A stretch of DNA of 64,000 nucleotides, from assembly GCA_965235115.1 (NCBI GenBank), contig OZ249440.1:32118001-32182000 (forward strand), in the 5' to 3' direction. Position 1 is the stretch's first letter. The number at the start of each line of letters is the position of its first letter. Under the pieces are notes generated by a model. It saw only the letters and a program-made list of their open reading frames with translations, was not told where the DNA came from and ran no database searches. The DNA is from Laetmonice hystrix (lineage: Eukaryota). Below, piece by piece: positions 63,174 through 64,000 of the stretch. A program made the position numbers and the translations under genes.

Positions 63174-64000
63174 GAGTGAGTGAGTGAGTGAGTAGTGGTG
63201 GTTTTCCGCCGTGTCAGCATCTGGGGCCATCTTCATGGCGAAAACAGGGTTAAAAGACCATGAAATGAAAGGAACCTATTTTATCCCGGGCCCCAACGGG
63301 AATATCATTGAAACAGATTCCATCCTGTCAGCCCAACCGGGCTATCGACGAGCCTGAACTATAAAAGAGTCAGAAGTCCAGCTTCTGACAAAAACTCACT
63401 CCTGGTCTGACATTGTTAAAAAGATCCTTAAGACTTGTCTCACTATAAAACCGTTGTCTCATCAGAGTAAAATCACCACACTCAAGTAAAAGATGCTTCA
63501 GTGTCAAAGGACATTGACAGCCATGACATTCCGGAGGTGGCTCCCCCCTTCAATAAAAACACATGAGTTAATCTAGAATGACAAACTCTGCATCGAGTAA
63601 AAACAATTTCATGCCTACGTTGGGTTAGGCCATGACGGTACCTTTGGTTCACGACTGGACTGATCTGATACAAATTATTTTTTGGTTGTTCATCCCATTC
63701 AGCCTGCCATTTGTTCCTAACGTAAGCCCAGATGGCAGGTCTGAGATCAGAGGCAGGGATTGGACACAGTTCGACGTCTGTTTCAAGAGCCCTCTTGGCA
63801 GTTTTGTTAGCTTGCTCATTGCCCGGGATGCCAACAGCAAAATTGAATATCAAAGTTTGCATTGGCAAGCACTGCCAACTGGGACAAGATTTGAACGATC
63901 ACTGGGTGATCTGTGTTCAAGTTACAAGTGCTTGTAGACAGGATAAGGAATCCGAGAAAATGAGGAAGTCCTTTTCACTAGAAACTTCAATATTTTGAAG
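63174..64000 (-). mobile_element. Second copy (3' end) of the same I/Nimb LINE family
   Basis: Reverse complement matches 34520-34998 (RNase H end, 3' UTR, ACTC tail). Retains the C-terminal GIPGNEQAN...KWQAEW...HSRLTH region that is deleted from the first copy. Runs off the window edge. Confidence 0.92.

Overview
Repeat-dense eukaryotic (invertebrate animal, probably lophotrochozoan) genomic DNA. The only host gene I can support is a + strand S1/chymotrypsin-family serine protease, with four phase-compatible exons (7299-7467, 9660-9750, 10370-10547, 52618-52769). Its third visible intron is 42,070 bp. I could not find the signal-peptide exon or the GDSGGP exon in the window. Almost everything else is transposon-derived. 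This includes an apparently intact DIRS1-type tyrosine-recombinase retrotransposon (54491-59272) inserted in an intron of a decayed Harbinger transposase gene, and two I/Nimb-clade LINE copies, one internally duplicated and deleted. There are also tRNA-headed SINEs sharing that LINE's 3' tail, older CR1/L2 LINE debris, a palindromic Academ-type derivative, a Sola2-like foldback, many TIR MITEs nested several deep, and minisatellites. The best candidate for something undescribed is a decayed, intron-containing tyrosine recombinase gene on the - strand (about 20960-22722) that is not part of the DIRS. Also notable are two 24-25 bp CATAGAC micro-insertions with 7-bp target duplications. All family assignments come from motif recognition by eye, not database searches.
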